DNA of 53,963 bases. It comes from Planctomycetaceae bacterium (GTDB taxonomy: Bacteria > Planctomycetota > Planctomycetia > Pirellulales > DASRSE01). Each line of letters starts with the position of its first letter. Position 1 is the stretch's first letter. Below the pieces are notes generated by a model that worked only from the letters and a program-made list of their open reading frames with translations, searched no databases and was not told the origin of the DNA. Positions 7,831 to 17,115 of this stretch are shown here, piece after piece. Made by a program: the position numbers and the translations under genes. The DNA lies in the NCBI GenBank assembly GCA_043738845.1, contig JAYUFG010000580.1, forward strand, positions 1-53,963. Direction: 5' to 3'.

Positions 7831-10718
7831 GGGGCCGCTTTCTCTTTATTCAACACGGCAGTGGGGTCTTTTTCTTGAGCCTTGAGGACGAGAATGAGCA
7901 GGTCGTTGTACTTCTTAACCATTTCGGGACCGCTTAGTTCTGGATAGAGAGTGAGGGTCGAGCGCAAGGTTTTTTCGGCTTGCAACGCGGTCTCTTTCTT
8001 TTTGTTGACTTTGAACTCACCCATCAGACAGACGGCCGTGTTGTAAACGGCGTCGTAGAACTCGGGCGGTTTTTTGGGGATTCGGCCGAGCATTTCGCGG
8101 GCATTGGCCCAGGCACCTGCGGCCGCGCCGTATTTGGTTTCTTCGGTTGCGGCCCAGGCCTGCATCGCTTTGGCCTTGGCAATATAGGGGGCGATGGAAC
8201 TCGGCTGTTCGGCGATTTGGGTGTTAATGAGATCAATCGCTTTTTGAAATTCGTTCTGGTTTTGCAGATTTTGAATCTGCGTGTTTCGGATGAATTCAAG
8301 ATATTTGGCAGCGTCTTTGTCGGTGCCAAATTTGGGGTCGGTTTTTTTGCGTTCCAAAATTTTGCTGTAGATGTCGCTGGCATTTTGGGTCAGGCCGACA
8401 CTCTTGGCGGATTCAGCCAGCCAAATCAATCCGCCGATGGACAGGTTTTCTCGCTTGCACAGTTTATCGACCATATTGCGAAAGTTCATTTGGGCGGCGT
8501 CTTGCCGTTTTTTGGCCGCTTGTTTACTAACGGCGTCGGATGCAGCCGCCAATTCTTCATCGGTCTTTTTACGATCTGCTTCGAGCAACTTGGCAAACTC
8601 GACAAGTGCCGCGTTAGAGTTCAAAGCATCGGTTCCGTTTTCGAGGAGCAGATCGACCAAGTGAGAGGCCTTCGCACCGTCGCCACTCTCGACATAAGCA
8701 CGAGTGGTGGCGATTAACATCCTTTGGACATTCTCGTCCAACTCGACTTTTTTGGCCGTCTTATTGCTCTTCTCCCACTCGACGACGAGTGGTTCCAAAA
8801 GAGTGACCGCCTGTTTGGCGTCCTTCGCTTCCAAGGCCAAACTTCCCAGCGAGGCTTGCAAATCGACAATTGCTTTGGGCAACGGCTCGCCTGCGGCAAG
8901 TCCTTTTTTCTGCAGGTCGAGACTCTTGCGCAGGTTCTCGACCGCGTTCGCACGGGACTTCGCCAACAGATCTTTGTTACGGTCGGCCTCGGCTTTTTTC
9001 TTTTCATCGCGATATATTTTCAGATGCGCGTAACCGACCGTTTGTACGGCAAAGGGAAAATGTCGCGACGTGTTCGGGATTTTTTCCAAGAGGGCCAGCC
9101 CGCCGGGCATATCGCCCCGACTGATGAGGATCCCGGCCAAGACGCTACGGGCGTCGTCGGCTTCGTCCTTTTGGGGCCATTTTTGCTGGATCAAATCGGC
9201 GAACCGTTTGAGCGACTTGAACTGACTGGTCTTGTCCCCTTCGGCCGCTGACTCGTACAGCGATTTGGCACAGTACAACGCCAAGGCGGCTGCGCTCGGA
9301 GCGAGGGGATCGTCGGGTGACTCGATGGCGATGCTCTCCGCCGCTTTTTGAGCCTCTTCATATTTCTTAGCTTCAAAGGCACCGCGAGCGAGTCGATAGC
9401 GGGCTTCGGTCATTTTCTTTTTCGCGTCGGCGATTTGTTTTTGATTGCCAGCCGCTTCGGCCAACTTGAGTCCCTTGGCATAGGACTCGGTCGCTTGGTC
9501 CCAATGTCCGGCGATTCCTTTTTGGTCCCCTTCGATCAAGAGATCATCAAAATTCGTTCCGCCACCGGAACTTCCTGACGCGACCCGTTTAAGTTCTTTG
9601 GCTTCCGCTTGATAGGGACTTTCGATCTTGGCCACGGCGGCGATGGTCTTGGAGGCGTCATTGCGAAGTTTCGCAGCGTCATCCTTGCCCGACTTCTCGG
9701 CTTTGGCGAGTTGGGCCTTGGCAATTTCAAGGAGGACGCCTTGATAGTCGGCCATGCGTTTCCACGGGGCGTGTTCTTTTTCCCATTCGGCCGCTTGCTT
9801 CAGAACTTCGGCGGGGCCGTCCTTTTCCAGAACAACTTGGAACTGAAACACCTGGGCTTGCATGTAGAGGGCGGCCATTTCAGGCGAGGTCTTGGTCGGC
9901 TCGGTGTCGCCGGTCATGACTTCCTCGAATGTATCGAGGGCACCCTCTTTGTCGCCAGCTTCAGCTTGCATCTTGCCGTAGAACATGTGGGCCCGCCGCC
10001 CGACAGGATAGCTTGGATATCGCTCTGAAACCACCTCGAAGGTTTCGCCCGCCGTTTTAAGTGCAGCCAATCGTGTTTTGTCTTTCTTGTCGGCGTAAGT
10101 TCGGGCGAGCGAGTAGTCACCCGACGCCAATTTGAAAGAAGCGTCGATCCAGGCCATCTCGGCCTCTCGCCGCATATCAATCTTGGCTGGTTCCTTGGCA
10201 CCTTTCATACTCGCGATGACTTTATCGCACCGCTTACGGGCGTCGATGAGTTTCGGCCGGGCTTCGTTGAAAGCGGCGCGGGCCTCTTTCAAGCTGTTCG
10301 CTTTGGCTTCATCATTGGGGGCGGAATTGGCGGCGGCGAGAGCGGCTTCCCCACGATCCAGAATTTGCCCGGCGGTCGCGACAATTGTTTTCGCCAAGGC
10401 GGGATGATCGGGATGTTCCTTGTTGAACTTGTCCATTAACTGTTCGGCTTGTTCGAGCCGCTTTTGGGACAAGTCGCCGTTGGTCGTTTCCTTCGCGGCA
10501 ATTCGCAAACTGGTCGCCATCTCGAGGTCGTACACATCGAGTGTTTCGGGCGGAACATCGGCCCGCTTTTTCCAGGTGTCGAGATATTGCAGACTCAACT
10601 CACCGTAGTTTTCATGTTGCAGCGCGTGGAGGAATTCTAGGAACGGTTCGGCGGCCGTCGCTTGGTTCAGCAATACGATTTGTCCGAGGAGCAGCAGGAC
10701 GATCGCGAGCCGCCCCAT
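7827..10718 (-). CDS. large secreted TPR/alpha-solenoid repeat protein
   Basis: Track ORF 7827..10835. I start it at the ATG at 10718, giving MGRLAIVLLLLGQIVLLNQATAAEP (signal peptide). The rest is helical-repeat, Ala/Lys/Glu-rich and TPR-like throughout. Confidence 0.75.
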   Translation of the reverse strand: MGRLAIVLLLLGQIVLLNQATAAEPFLEFLHALQHENYGELSLQYLDTWKKRADVPPETLDVYDLEMATSLRIAAKETTNGDLSQKRLEQAEQLMDKFNKEHPDHPALAKTIVATAGQILDRGEAALAAANSAPNDEAKANSLKEARAAFNEARPKLIDARKRCDKVIASMKGAKEPAKIDMRREAEMAWIDASFKLASGDYSLARTYADKKDKTRLAALKTAGETFEVVSERYPSYPVGRRAHMFYGKMQAEAGDKEGALDTFEEVMTGDTEPTKTSPEMAALYMQAQVFQFQVVLEKDGPAEVLKQAAEWEKEHAPWKRMADYQGVLLEIAKAQLAKAEKSGKDDAAKLRNDASKTIAAVAKIESPYQAEAKELKRVASGSSGGGTNFDDLLIEGDQKGIAGHWDQATESYAKGLKLAEAAGNQKQIADAKKKMTEARYRLARGAFEAKKYEEAQKAAESIAIESPDDPLAPSAAALALYCAKSLYESAAEGDKTSQFKSLKRFADLIQQKWPQKDEADDARSVLAGILISRGDMPGGLALLEKIPNTSRHFPFAVQTVGYAHLKIYRDEKKKAEADRNKDLLAKSRANAVENLRKSLDLQKKGLAAGEPLPKAIVDLQASLGSLALEAKDAKQAVTLLEPLVVEWEKSNKTAKKVELDENVQRMLIATTRAYVESGDGAKASHLVDLLLENGTDALNSNAALVEFAKLLEADRKKTDEELAAASDAVSKQAAKKRQDAAQMNFRNMVDKLCKRENLSIGGLIWLAESAKSVGLTQNASDIYSKILERKKTDPKFGTDKDAAKYLEFIRNTQIQNLQNQNEFQKAIDLINTQIAEQPSSIAPYIAKAKAMQAWAATEETKYGAAAGAWANAREMLGRIPKKPPEFYDAVYNTAVCLMGEFKVNKKKETALQAEKTLRSTLTLYPELSGPEMVKKYNDLLILVLKAQEKDPTAVLNKEKAAP

Positions 10719-10924
10719 TCGCGGTTGCGGAACAACCTGCGGAGTCACAAAAAAAACTGGGTTCCTAACGCCGAACGCAACGATCATGCTGCGATCTCCA
10801 TTCCGAGCGAAAATAGAAGTGCCTCTCCCATTCATTAAACCCTCCCAGAGCTGGAAAGAAAAGGGTCGCGACCTGCGGCTTGTTTGTACTTTGGGTTGAG
10901 AGTGACCACGCGGTGGCCCCCGGT

Positions 10925-10984
10925 CGTGGACGACCGGGCTAAGCGAAGTATCGGCGTGGACGACCGGGGTAAGCGAGGAAATAC
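10925..10984 (+). repeat. two tandem ~30-bp units (CGTGGACGACCGGG.TAAGCGA..), related to REP-J
   Basis: Unit 1 is 10925..10954 and unit 2 is 10955..10984. The first 24 nt differ at 2 positions. Confidence 0.75.
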
Positions 10985-11002
10985 CTGGGAAAGCGTCTGC
11001 CC

Positions 11003-11851
11003 TTACGCCGCAGCGGAGTTGGTGCTGGCTGAGAAATTGTTGTTCGATTGAATCCCGAAATCGGTCCAGGTTCGCTTCGTCCGCAAGGTTTCCTCGCGGA
11101 TGAGTTTGTTCCGCGCGACGGCCTCTTCGCGAACGTAACCTCGCCCATGTTCTAAGTGCAAACAGATTGCCCGATAACGCAATTGAGTCCCTCGGACGCC
11201 CACGTTTTCAAGTCGCTCGCCTAACTCGCGGTCCTCGCCCCCATATTCCATACGCTCGTCGAAGCCATTCACGCGGAGCAGATCACTCCTCCAGGCCGAC
11301 GCATTTCCGCCGTTGAACGTCGGCCGGGTGGTCGTCAACTTATCGAGCAGCGTTCCCATTCGCGGCGTACTCAAAACCATGAGGAGCTTTTTGTTCCAGC
11401 CGAGACCGTTCGCAAACAACCACCTCGATTGAAAAAAACGTCGTGTCAAAATGTCCTGCGTGCTGATTTTATGACTTAGTTCCAGTGGCAGCCGAACGGC
11501 TCCCCCGGAAAGAAAACGTCCCGGCCGTGCATTCGCAACATGTTGCTCAACGAGATCCCAACGGGGGACACAGTCGCCATCCGTGATGAGGATATAGTCT
11601 CCCAGGCTCGCTTCGATTGCCCGATTGAGGATCGTACATTTACGAAAGCCGCGATCTTCATGCCAGAGATGCCGCAGAGTTATGCCGGTCACTTGCCGCA
11701 GTTGCTCGATGCGAAGTTTTGTCTCGTCGTGGGAGCCATCGTCGGCGATGATAATTTCAAAGTCGCGATACGTTTGTGCGGAGTAGCCCCAGAGAACTTT
11801 TTCCAACCATTCGGGTTGGTTATAGGTGCTAAGAATGATCGAAACCCGCAT
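11003..11851 (-). CDS. family 2 glycosyltransferase
   Basis: The ATG at 11851 gives MRVSIILSTYNQPEWLEKVLWGYSAQTYRDFEIIIADDGS (GT2 signature). A DGD motif (ILITDGDCVP) and a C-terminal GGNASAWRSDLLRVNGFDE block are present. Confidence 0.85.
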   Translation of the reverse strand: MRVSIILSTYNQPEWLEKVLWGYSAQTYRDFEIIIADDGSHDETKLRIEQLRQVTGITLRHLWHEDRGFRKCTILNRAIEASLGDYILITDGDCVPRWDLVEQHVANARPGRFLSGGAVRLPLELSHKISTQDILTRRFFQSRWLFANGLGWNKKLLMVLSTPRMGTLLDKLTTTRPTFNGGNASAWRSDLLRVNGFDERMEYGGEDRELGERLENVGVRGTQLRYRAICLHLEHGRGYVREEAVARNKLIREETLRTKRTWTDFGIQSNNNFSASTNSAAA

Positions 11852-11946
11852 GGGGACATCCTTGTCCGAAAACGCAATGTGAATTCGAATTTGCTTAGCC
11901 GCCGCGTCCACGCGGTGGAATTTTCCTGTCGCACTTATTCGACTGA

Positions 11947-12192
11947 CTACGCAACATCAACCGAGTTAATCAATTCGACATTGTGGGCGACGGAGCGAAC
12001 GGCTTCTTGCGCGAGTTGCTTGTGATAATAACTTCCGACGCGGCCACAGATCTTCAACGTGTCGCCTTGCGATTCAATGCGCAAGGTTCGAAGGACGTGC
12101 AAAGGGCTGGAGGCGAGGACCGATTGGGCTCGCTCGTGCGCAGATTGTGCTGTGAAACCGACCATACGTCCCCCCTCCTTGAATTTGGCCAT
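11947..12192 (-). CDS. BON domain-like small protein
   Basis: The pattern LRTLRIESQGDTLKICGRVGSYYHKQLAQEAVRSVAHNVELINSVDV fits the BON fold consensus. The start is uncertain: ATG at 12192 or 12165, while the track start at 12252 is a TTG. Confidence 0.55.
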   Translation of the reverse strand: MAKFKEGGRMVGFTAQSAHERAQSVLASSPLHVLRTLRIESQGDTLKICGRVGSYYHKQLAQEAVRSVAHNVELINSVDVA

Positions 12193-12653
12193 CCAACGAA
12201 GTGTTGTTTGGGCCGACGCGCGTGACTGAGGACATCCATGCCTTGTAAACAAAGACCTGTAAGCCGCTACTGTCAGGTAACGCTAATCTATCTTCCGGGA
12301 TTTCGCGATGTCAATCCCGAAACATGAGTATCTCGCGCTAGCGGTGCTAGCAGAAGTGTGCATTTTAGTCGCGAAAAATGAAGTAAAACTGCCCCAGCAT
12401 ACACAAGGCGGCCCATGGATAATTGAGCTTCAGCGGCTGCTGCATCCTCCGGTCTCGCTGGGGAGAGGCGGGCCGTTCAGTGGTGCCATTCCGCTTCGCT
12501 TGCGCGGCTAACCACGGGTGTTAATCATGGACGAACGAGGGCGGCGGCTTGCATGACAGTCCCCAGCGGGTAAAATCGAGCGAGTAAGAAGTTCCGTCTT
12601 GTTTACCTCTCGGCGGGTCGATCTGCGACCCAGCGAAAACGGATAGTATTTGC

Positions 12654-13151
12654 ATGACACAATCGATTCCCGGCGTTGCGCCGCCACAGACATCTGAAGT
12701 TACGAACATGACGGTTTGGCCGACGATGGGTGCCTCTCCGTTGGGTCGTCGTTTGGGACAGCTTTATCAAATCAAGGGAGGCTTTTGGTCGTTCACGTTG
12801 GGGCACCTGATCGCCCTGCTGTCGATTCCAATCGCGCTGCCCCTGTTTTCGTATATGCTGTTGCCCGGCGTCACTCGCCGTTATCGGTTGACCAATCGCC
12901 GAATCGTCGTGCAGCGGGGTTTGACCGCGCAGGACGAGCGTTGGGTCGAGTTGGATCGGTTCGATACTATCGAGGTCGTCGTGCTGCCGGGACAAGAGTG
13001 GTATCATGCGGGCGACCTCGTCTTTCGGAATGGTCCGACCGAAACGATGCGTCTGTCCGGCGTCTCTCGTCCGGAAACATTTCGTCAGACTTGCTTGAAA
13101 GCGCATGACTCTTTCGTCGGCGTCAAAAAAATCATGCAAACGACGGGCTGA
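12654..13151 (+). CDS. membrane protein with bacterial PH (YdbS/DUF304-like) domain
   Basis: A TM hairpin (FTLGHLIALLSIPIALPLFSYMLLPGV) is followed by RRYRLTNRRIVVQRGL...VELDRFDTIEVV, which is typical of bPH_2-type proteins. Confidence 0.6.
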   Translation: MTQSIPGVAPPQTSEVTNMTVWPTMGASPLGRRLGQLYQIKGGFWSFTLGHLIALLSIPIALPLFSYMLLPGVTRRYRLTNRRIVVQRGLTAQDERWVELDRFDTIEVVVLPGQEWYHAGDLVFRNGPTETMRLSGVSRPETFRQTCLKAHDSFVGVKKIMQTTG

Positions 13152-13335
13152 GAGCAGTTTGTATGAATTGAATTGCGACCAATCGGTAGAGTCCGCTATG
13201 CGGACCAATGTTAAGCGGCACTTTTTTTCACGAATAAAATCGGCTAGTTCGCGAACTCCCGGTCCACACAGCGGACCCTACAACTGAGTTCGACGAAGTT
13301 TGATTGTGGAATCGGTTAGCATCTGGGTGCCCATC

Positions 13336-13653
13336 ATGCGTTGGTTCAAAATCGCCGCTGTTGCCGATTGTCCGCCGGGAAAATCGCTCGAAACGGTGGC
13401 CGAAGACCGGATGATCGCCCTGTACAATGTCGAGGGTCGCTTCCATGCTCTCGACGGCGTTTGTCCCCACCAAGGCGGCCCGCTGGGAAAAGGAAAACTG
13501 ACCGGCTGCATCGTGACCTGTCCCTGGCATGGCTGGCAATTCGACGTGCAGACGGGCCAACACCAATTCAGCCGCACCTTTCAACAGCCCCATTTTGATG
13601 TGCGGGTCGAAGCGGACGACGTGCTGATCGACCTCGACACGCTGCTTGGCTAG
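13336..13653 (+). CDS. Rieske [2Fe-2S] domain protein (NirD-like small ferredoxin)
   Basis: Both Rieske ligand boxes are present: CPHQGGPL and CPWHGWQF. The ATG at 13336 (MRWFKIAAVADCPPG) is preferred over the upstream track start. Confidence 0.85.
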   Translation: MRWFKIAAVADCPPGKSLETVAEDRMIALYNVEGRFHALDGVCPHQGGPLGKGKLTGCIVTCPWHGWQFDVQTGQHQFSRTFQQPHFDVRVEADDVLIDLDTLLG

Positions 13654-13760
13654 AAGTGCCGCTTGACTAGACGGGCGGGGCGAGAAGATTTAACATCGGG
13701 GCAACGGGCAACGCATTTTTTCCACGGCCTTGGCCTCCTTTTCTCGTCGGGAAGCGCGTT

Positions 13761-14705
13761 TTGATTACCTATCGTGCTTTTCGTAACTCCGATCCACCCC
13801 GCTTGGCGCAAATCTGGCGCAGCCGAACCGGCGTTCGTGGACTCATGCAGCCCATGTCGGCCACGCTGTTCGAGGAACTCATTCTGGCCAAGCCCTACTT
13901 CGACCGCGAAGGGCTGATCGTGGCCGAAGAAGATGGCAATCAAATCGGCTTCGTTCATGCCGGATTTGGGCCGACCGACGATGAAAAGAAAATTGACCCT
14001 GAACTGGGCGTGACCTGTCTCTTGCTCGTGCGTGCCCATCCTGAACAGGACTCGATCGGTGCCGAACTCTTGGCCCGCGGCGAAGCCTATCTAAGATCGC
14101 AAGGTTCAAAATTGATTTACGCGGGTGGGATTCAACCGCTCGTCCCGTTTTATTGGGGTTTGTACGGCGGGAGCGAGATGCCGGGGATTCTGGACTCGGA
14201 CGCCTGGACCCAAAAATTGTTTTTGGCGCACGGTTATCGGACGATTGATCAAGTCACAGTTTTCCATCGCGACCTGGCTGGTTTTCGACCGGTCGTAGAC
14301 CGCCGTCAAATGCACCTCCGCCGCACCATGAAAGTCGAAGTCGTGATTGATCCGCCGTACCGCACTTGGTGGGAAGCCTGCACACAAGGTGCTATGAATC
14401 GAATGCGTTATGAATTGCGGCAAGGGGACGACGTCGTCGCCTGGGCATTGTTCTGGGACATGCAGCCCTTGGCGGCGGCCTGGGGTATCAACGCACAGGG
14501 GTTGATTCGCGTCGAGGTCGCGCCCGACCGTCAGAAGCAAGGCATGGCGACGTATCTGTTGAGTGAAGCAATTCGTGAACTCCATCAGCAGGGCGTGACC
14601 TTGATCGAAGCCCAGGCAATGGAACACAACCGGTCGGCCGTCGGACTCTATCGCAAGTTGGGTTTCGCACCCATCGACCGCGGCGCGGTCCTGCGAAAGG
14701 AGTAA
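13761..14705 (+). CDS. GNAT-family N-acetyltransferase (two-lobed)
   Basis: The C-terminal lobe has an acetyl-CoA site-like RQKQGMATYLLSEAIRELHQQG and a ..NRSAVGLYRKLGF motif. It has a TTG start at 13761 with no in-frame ATG nearby. Confidence 0.75.
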   Translation: MITYRAFRNSDPPRLAQIWRSRTGVRGLMQPMSATLFEELILAKPYFDREGLIVAEEDGNQIGFVHAGFGPTDDEKKIDPELGVTCLLLVRAHPEQDSIGAELLARGEAYLRSQGSKLIYAGGIQPLVPFYWGLYGGSEMPGILDSDAWTQKLFLAHGYRTIDQVTVFHRDLAGFRPVVDRRQMHLRRTMKVEVVIDPPYRTWWEACTQGAMNRMRYELRQGDDVVAWALFWDMQPLAAAWGINAQGLIRVEVAPDRQKQGMATYLLSEAIRELHQQGVTLIEAQAMEHNRSAVGLYRKLGFAPIDRGAVLRKE

Positions 14706-14724
14706 CGCACGGAGCATAAATCAT

Positions 14725-14793
14725 TGTCGTCTTTCGCTCCGCGAAAGGACGCTTTTTCGCCGTTGTGGAGGACCGTTATTCATGTACTGGTCC
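14725..14793 (+). repeat. REP-D copy
   Basis: 14725..14772 matches the reverse complement of 279..325. It is followed by the hairpin GGACC..GGTCC (14770..14793). Confidence 0.8.
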
Positions 14794-14907
14794 TAACTCG
14801 CACCGCCAAATCAAGTCGGGCCACATGACAAGATAAACCCGCCACTTTGGAAATACGAACGTCCGTGTGGCCAAAATGGTAACAGTTTAACGACTTGAAG
14901 TATTTGA

Positions 14908-15016
14908 GTCCGCCCCGGCTGGGGCGATGGAATGTAGCCACGGGTAGAGCGGTACTCCGCGTAACCCGTGGTGGAATACGATACGTTGGGCGCAACCGCC
15001 CCGGCAGGGGCGGAGG
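14908..15016 (+). repeat. REP-C unit (three-hairpin ~105-bp element), left copy
   Basis: Hairpins: GCCCCggctGGGGC; CCACGGG..CCCGTGG; CCGCCCCggcaGGGGCGG. It is homologous to the reverse complement of 15180..15285. Confidence 0.85.
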
Positions 15017-15179
15017 ACTTATCGCGTGATTGTGGCCACTCCCTCCAAAACAAATCGTTCGTCCAAGTTGATTCCGTTCGCAGGTAACCGCTTCAAAATT
15101 TTGTTTGCAAATCCTCACTGCGATGGTGTTCGGCTGAATGTTCGCTCGCTACCACCAACCGTTTTGCCGCCGAATGATT

Positions 15180-15285
15180 CCATCGCCCCTGCCGGGCGGT
15201 TGGGTGCAAATCGGACGACTTCCACGGGTTGCGCGGCGTACCGCTCCACCCGTGGCTACAGCCCATCGCCCCGACCGGGGCGGGT
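15180..15285 (-). repeat. REP-C unit, right copy (inverted)
   Basis: The reverse complement (ACCCGCCCCGGTCGGGGCGATGGGCTGTAGCCACGGGTGGAGCGGTACGCCGCGCAACCCGTGG...) aligns with 14908..15016. The first ~63 nt and last ~20 nt have few mismatches, and the middle is variable. Confidence 0.85.
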
Positions 15286-15378
15286 AAAATAAGTTCACTC
15301 CAATCGGTTAAACGATTACCCTAAATTTGATCTCCAGCGCGAACCACCGATCTATATCGTCGCGAAAGGCAGCCAATT

Positions 15379-16380
15379 ATGATGACCTCCGCAACCAACA
15401 ACAAACCGCCCCAGCACAAATTGCGGTGGTACCAATTTAGCCTGCGGTCGCTGCTGATCTTCATGACGCCAATTGGCGTTGGGCTGCTCGTCGCCCCGGC
15501 TCAGCGACAACTGCGAGCCATTCAGGCAATTCTGAACGCCGACGGCAGTTTTGAATACGATCTCCGAAACGACGACCAGGGAGTTTTTCACGCTCCCGAC
15601 TGGCTGCGTAATTTTCTCGGCGAAGACTATTTCCAGTCCGTCGTTTGGGTGTACGTAAGAAACAGCAAATTCAGCGATGCAGGGTTGGAACAGCTTGAAT
15701 GTCTAACCTCGCTGCGAACGCTGGATTTGGAATACACGCAAATTAGCGATGCCGGTCTCGTGCATTTGAAAGAAATGACCGAGTTGCAATACCTGGACCT
15801 GGACCACACCGCGATCAGCGATGCCGGGCTGAAGAATCTCCAAGGAATGGCCAAGTTGCAAACTCTCTATCTAAACCATACGCAAACGAGTGACGCCGGG
15901 CTGGAGTGTTTGAAAACTTTGACCAATCTGGAAGAGCTGCGCCTGATGGACACGCGCATCAGCAATGCGGGATTGAAGCATCTAAAACATTTGAACAAAC
16001 TGGACTCGCTGTGGCTGCAAAACACGCCCATCAGCAACGCCGGATTAGAACACTTGAAAGACTTAACGGGACTTAAATTCCTGTTCCTCGATAATACGGC
16101 CATCAGCGACGCCGGACTCGAGCAATTGAAAGGCCTAACCAACATGCGACAGCTGCACCTGCAAAACACACAGATCAGCGATGCGGGACTGAAACACCTG
16201 AAAGGGATGACTGACCTAAACCTTTTAGATATTCGCGGCACGCGCAGCGCCGACGCGGGACTGGAGCGACTGAAATGTTTGCGATTTCTGCAAGTGTTGT
16301 TCGTGGACAGATCACAATTCAGCGCGGCCGCGTTGGAGCAATTCAAGGCCGCCTTGCCGTATTGCAGCATTCGTGAGTAG
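15379..16380 (+). CDS. leucine-rich repeat protein with N-terminal membrane anchor
   Basis: About nine tandem 24-aa repeats of the type L..L..L.L..T.ISDAGL..LK. from about aa 108 onward. The N-terminus has the RWYQFSLRSLLIFMTPIGVGLLV anchor. Confidence 0.85.
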   Translation: MMTSATNNKPPQHKLRWYQFSLRSLLIFMTPIGVGLLVAPAQRQLRAIQAILNADGSFEYDLRNDDQGVFHAPDWLRNFLGEDYFQSVVWVYVRNSKFSDAGLEQLECLTSLRTLDLEYTQISDAGLVHLKEMTELQYLDLDHTAISDAGLKNLQGMAKLQTLYLNHTQTSDAGLECLKTLTNLEELRLMDTRISNAGLKHLKHLNKLDSLWLQNTPISNAGLEHLKDLTGLKFLFLDNTAISDAGLEQLKGLTNMRQLHLQNTQISDAGLKHLKGMTDLNLLDIRGTRSADAGLERLKCLRFLQVLFVDRSQFSAAALEQFKAALPYCSIRE

Positions 16381-16464
16381 CCGCCGGTCAAGAACCGCGT
16401 GATCGGCTCTTTTCCGCTGGAGAAAACATTGGCCGTTTTCCGCCAATCGTGCTACAGTGCAACG

Positions 16465-17076
16465 ATGTCCCCTGAACCATCAACCCCACCCACCCGCCGC
16501 TGGTATCGACTCCACTGGGTCACGTGGCTGTTCGTAATCGTCGAGATCGGGGCGTTGGGGTGTTGCCAGTTCTCGTGGCAGCTTGGAAAATTCTTCGAGA
16601 CGAGACATTTTGGGTGGCCATTGTGCCACATTCAGGAACTGGCACACGGGCTGTTTGTTAGCAGTTCTTTGCCAACACCCTATGAGTACACTTGTGTCAT
16701 TCCGTCGCTTTTTTATGACACCCTATTTTGGCTTTTGTTCGTCACGTCGATCTCATTTGTCGTCGAGTCGCGATTGCGAAGTTCGAAGCGACTACAGTTT
16801 TCGCTGCTAGGCATGTTGAGTTTTACGACAACGATTGCGGTCTTACTGACTTTGGTCCTTCGGCGTTGGGAAGTGTACCAAGGACTATGGAGCGTCGGAT
16901 TCGAACCCAGTTATGCACTCGAACCCTTTAAATGCTACTGGCCCATCACGGCCATCATCCTTTTCGGCCTGGGTTGCACCATCTACACCCTCGGAAGTCT
17001 CGCCAGTTTTGCAGTCCGTCGATTTTGGTCATGGACTCGGCCCGCCGCGAACGAAAATAAAAAATCGCCGCCGTGA
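16465..17076 (+). CDS. polytopic membrane protein, unknown function
   Basis: The ATG at 16465 (MSPEPSTPPTRRWYRLHWVTWLFVIV..) is preferred over the GTG track start at 16399. Several hydrophobic segments, plus an internal RLQFSLLGMLSF motif resembling the N-terminal anchor of the neighbouring LRR protein. Confidence 0.6.
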   Translation: MSPEPSTPPTRRWYRLHWVTWLFVIVEIGALGCCQFSWQLGKFFETRHFGWPLCHIQELAHGLFVSSSLPTPYEYTCVIPSLFYDTLFWLLFVTSISFVVESRLRSSKRLQFSLLGMLSFTTTIAVLLTLVLRRWEVYQGLWSVGFEPSYALEPFKCYWPITAIILFGLGCTIYTLGSLASFAVRRFWSWTRPAANENKKSPP

Positions 17077-17115
17077 CCGCACGAATTACGACCATCGGCG
17101 CGGCTTTTCAGGGAT

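Noticed and set aside
10925-10984. Possible CRISPR array (also 52235..52317)
   Set aside because: There are only 2-4 contiguous degenerate units with no unique spacers between them and no cas genes in the window. These are tandem REP-J copies.
12253-12653. 401-bp spacer upstream of the PH-domain gene, examined for a riboswitch or other structured RNA
   Set aside because: I could not recognise any consensus (cobalamin, c-di-GMP, SAM, TPP, ykkC, 6S, SRP, RNase P). There are only short local hairpins and no repeat-family member. It is left unannotated.
16888-16908. tRNA-like 3' end on the minus strand (reverse complement GGGTTCGAATCCGACGCTCCA)
   Set aside because: The T-stem halves are not complementary, and no matching 5' acceptor strand (ACGCTCC on the plus strand) lies ~70 nt away. 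The sequence lies inside a coding region, so it is a chance match. I found no convincing tRNA anywhere in the window.
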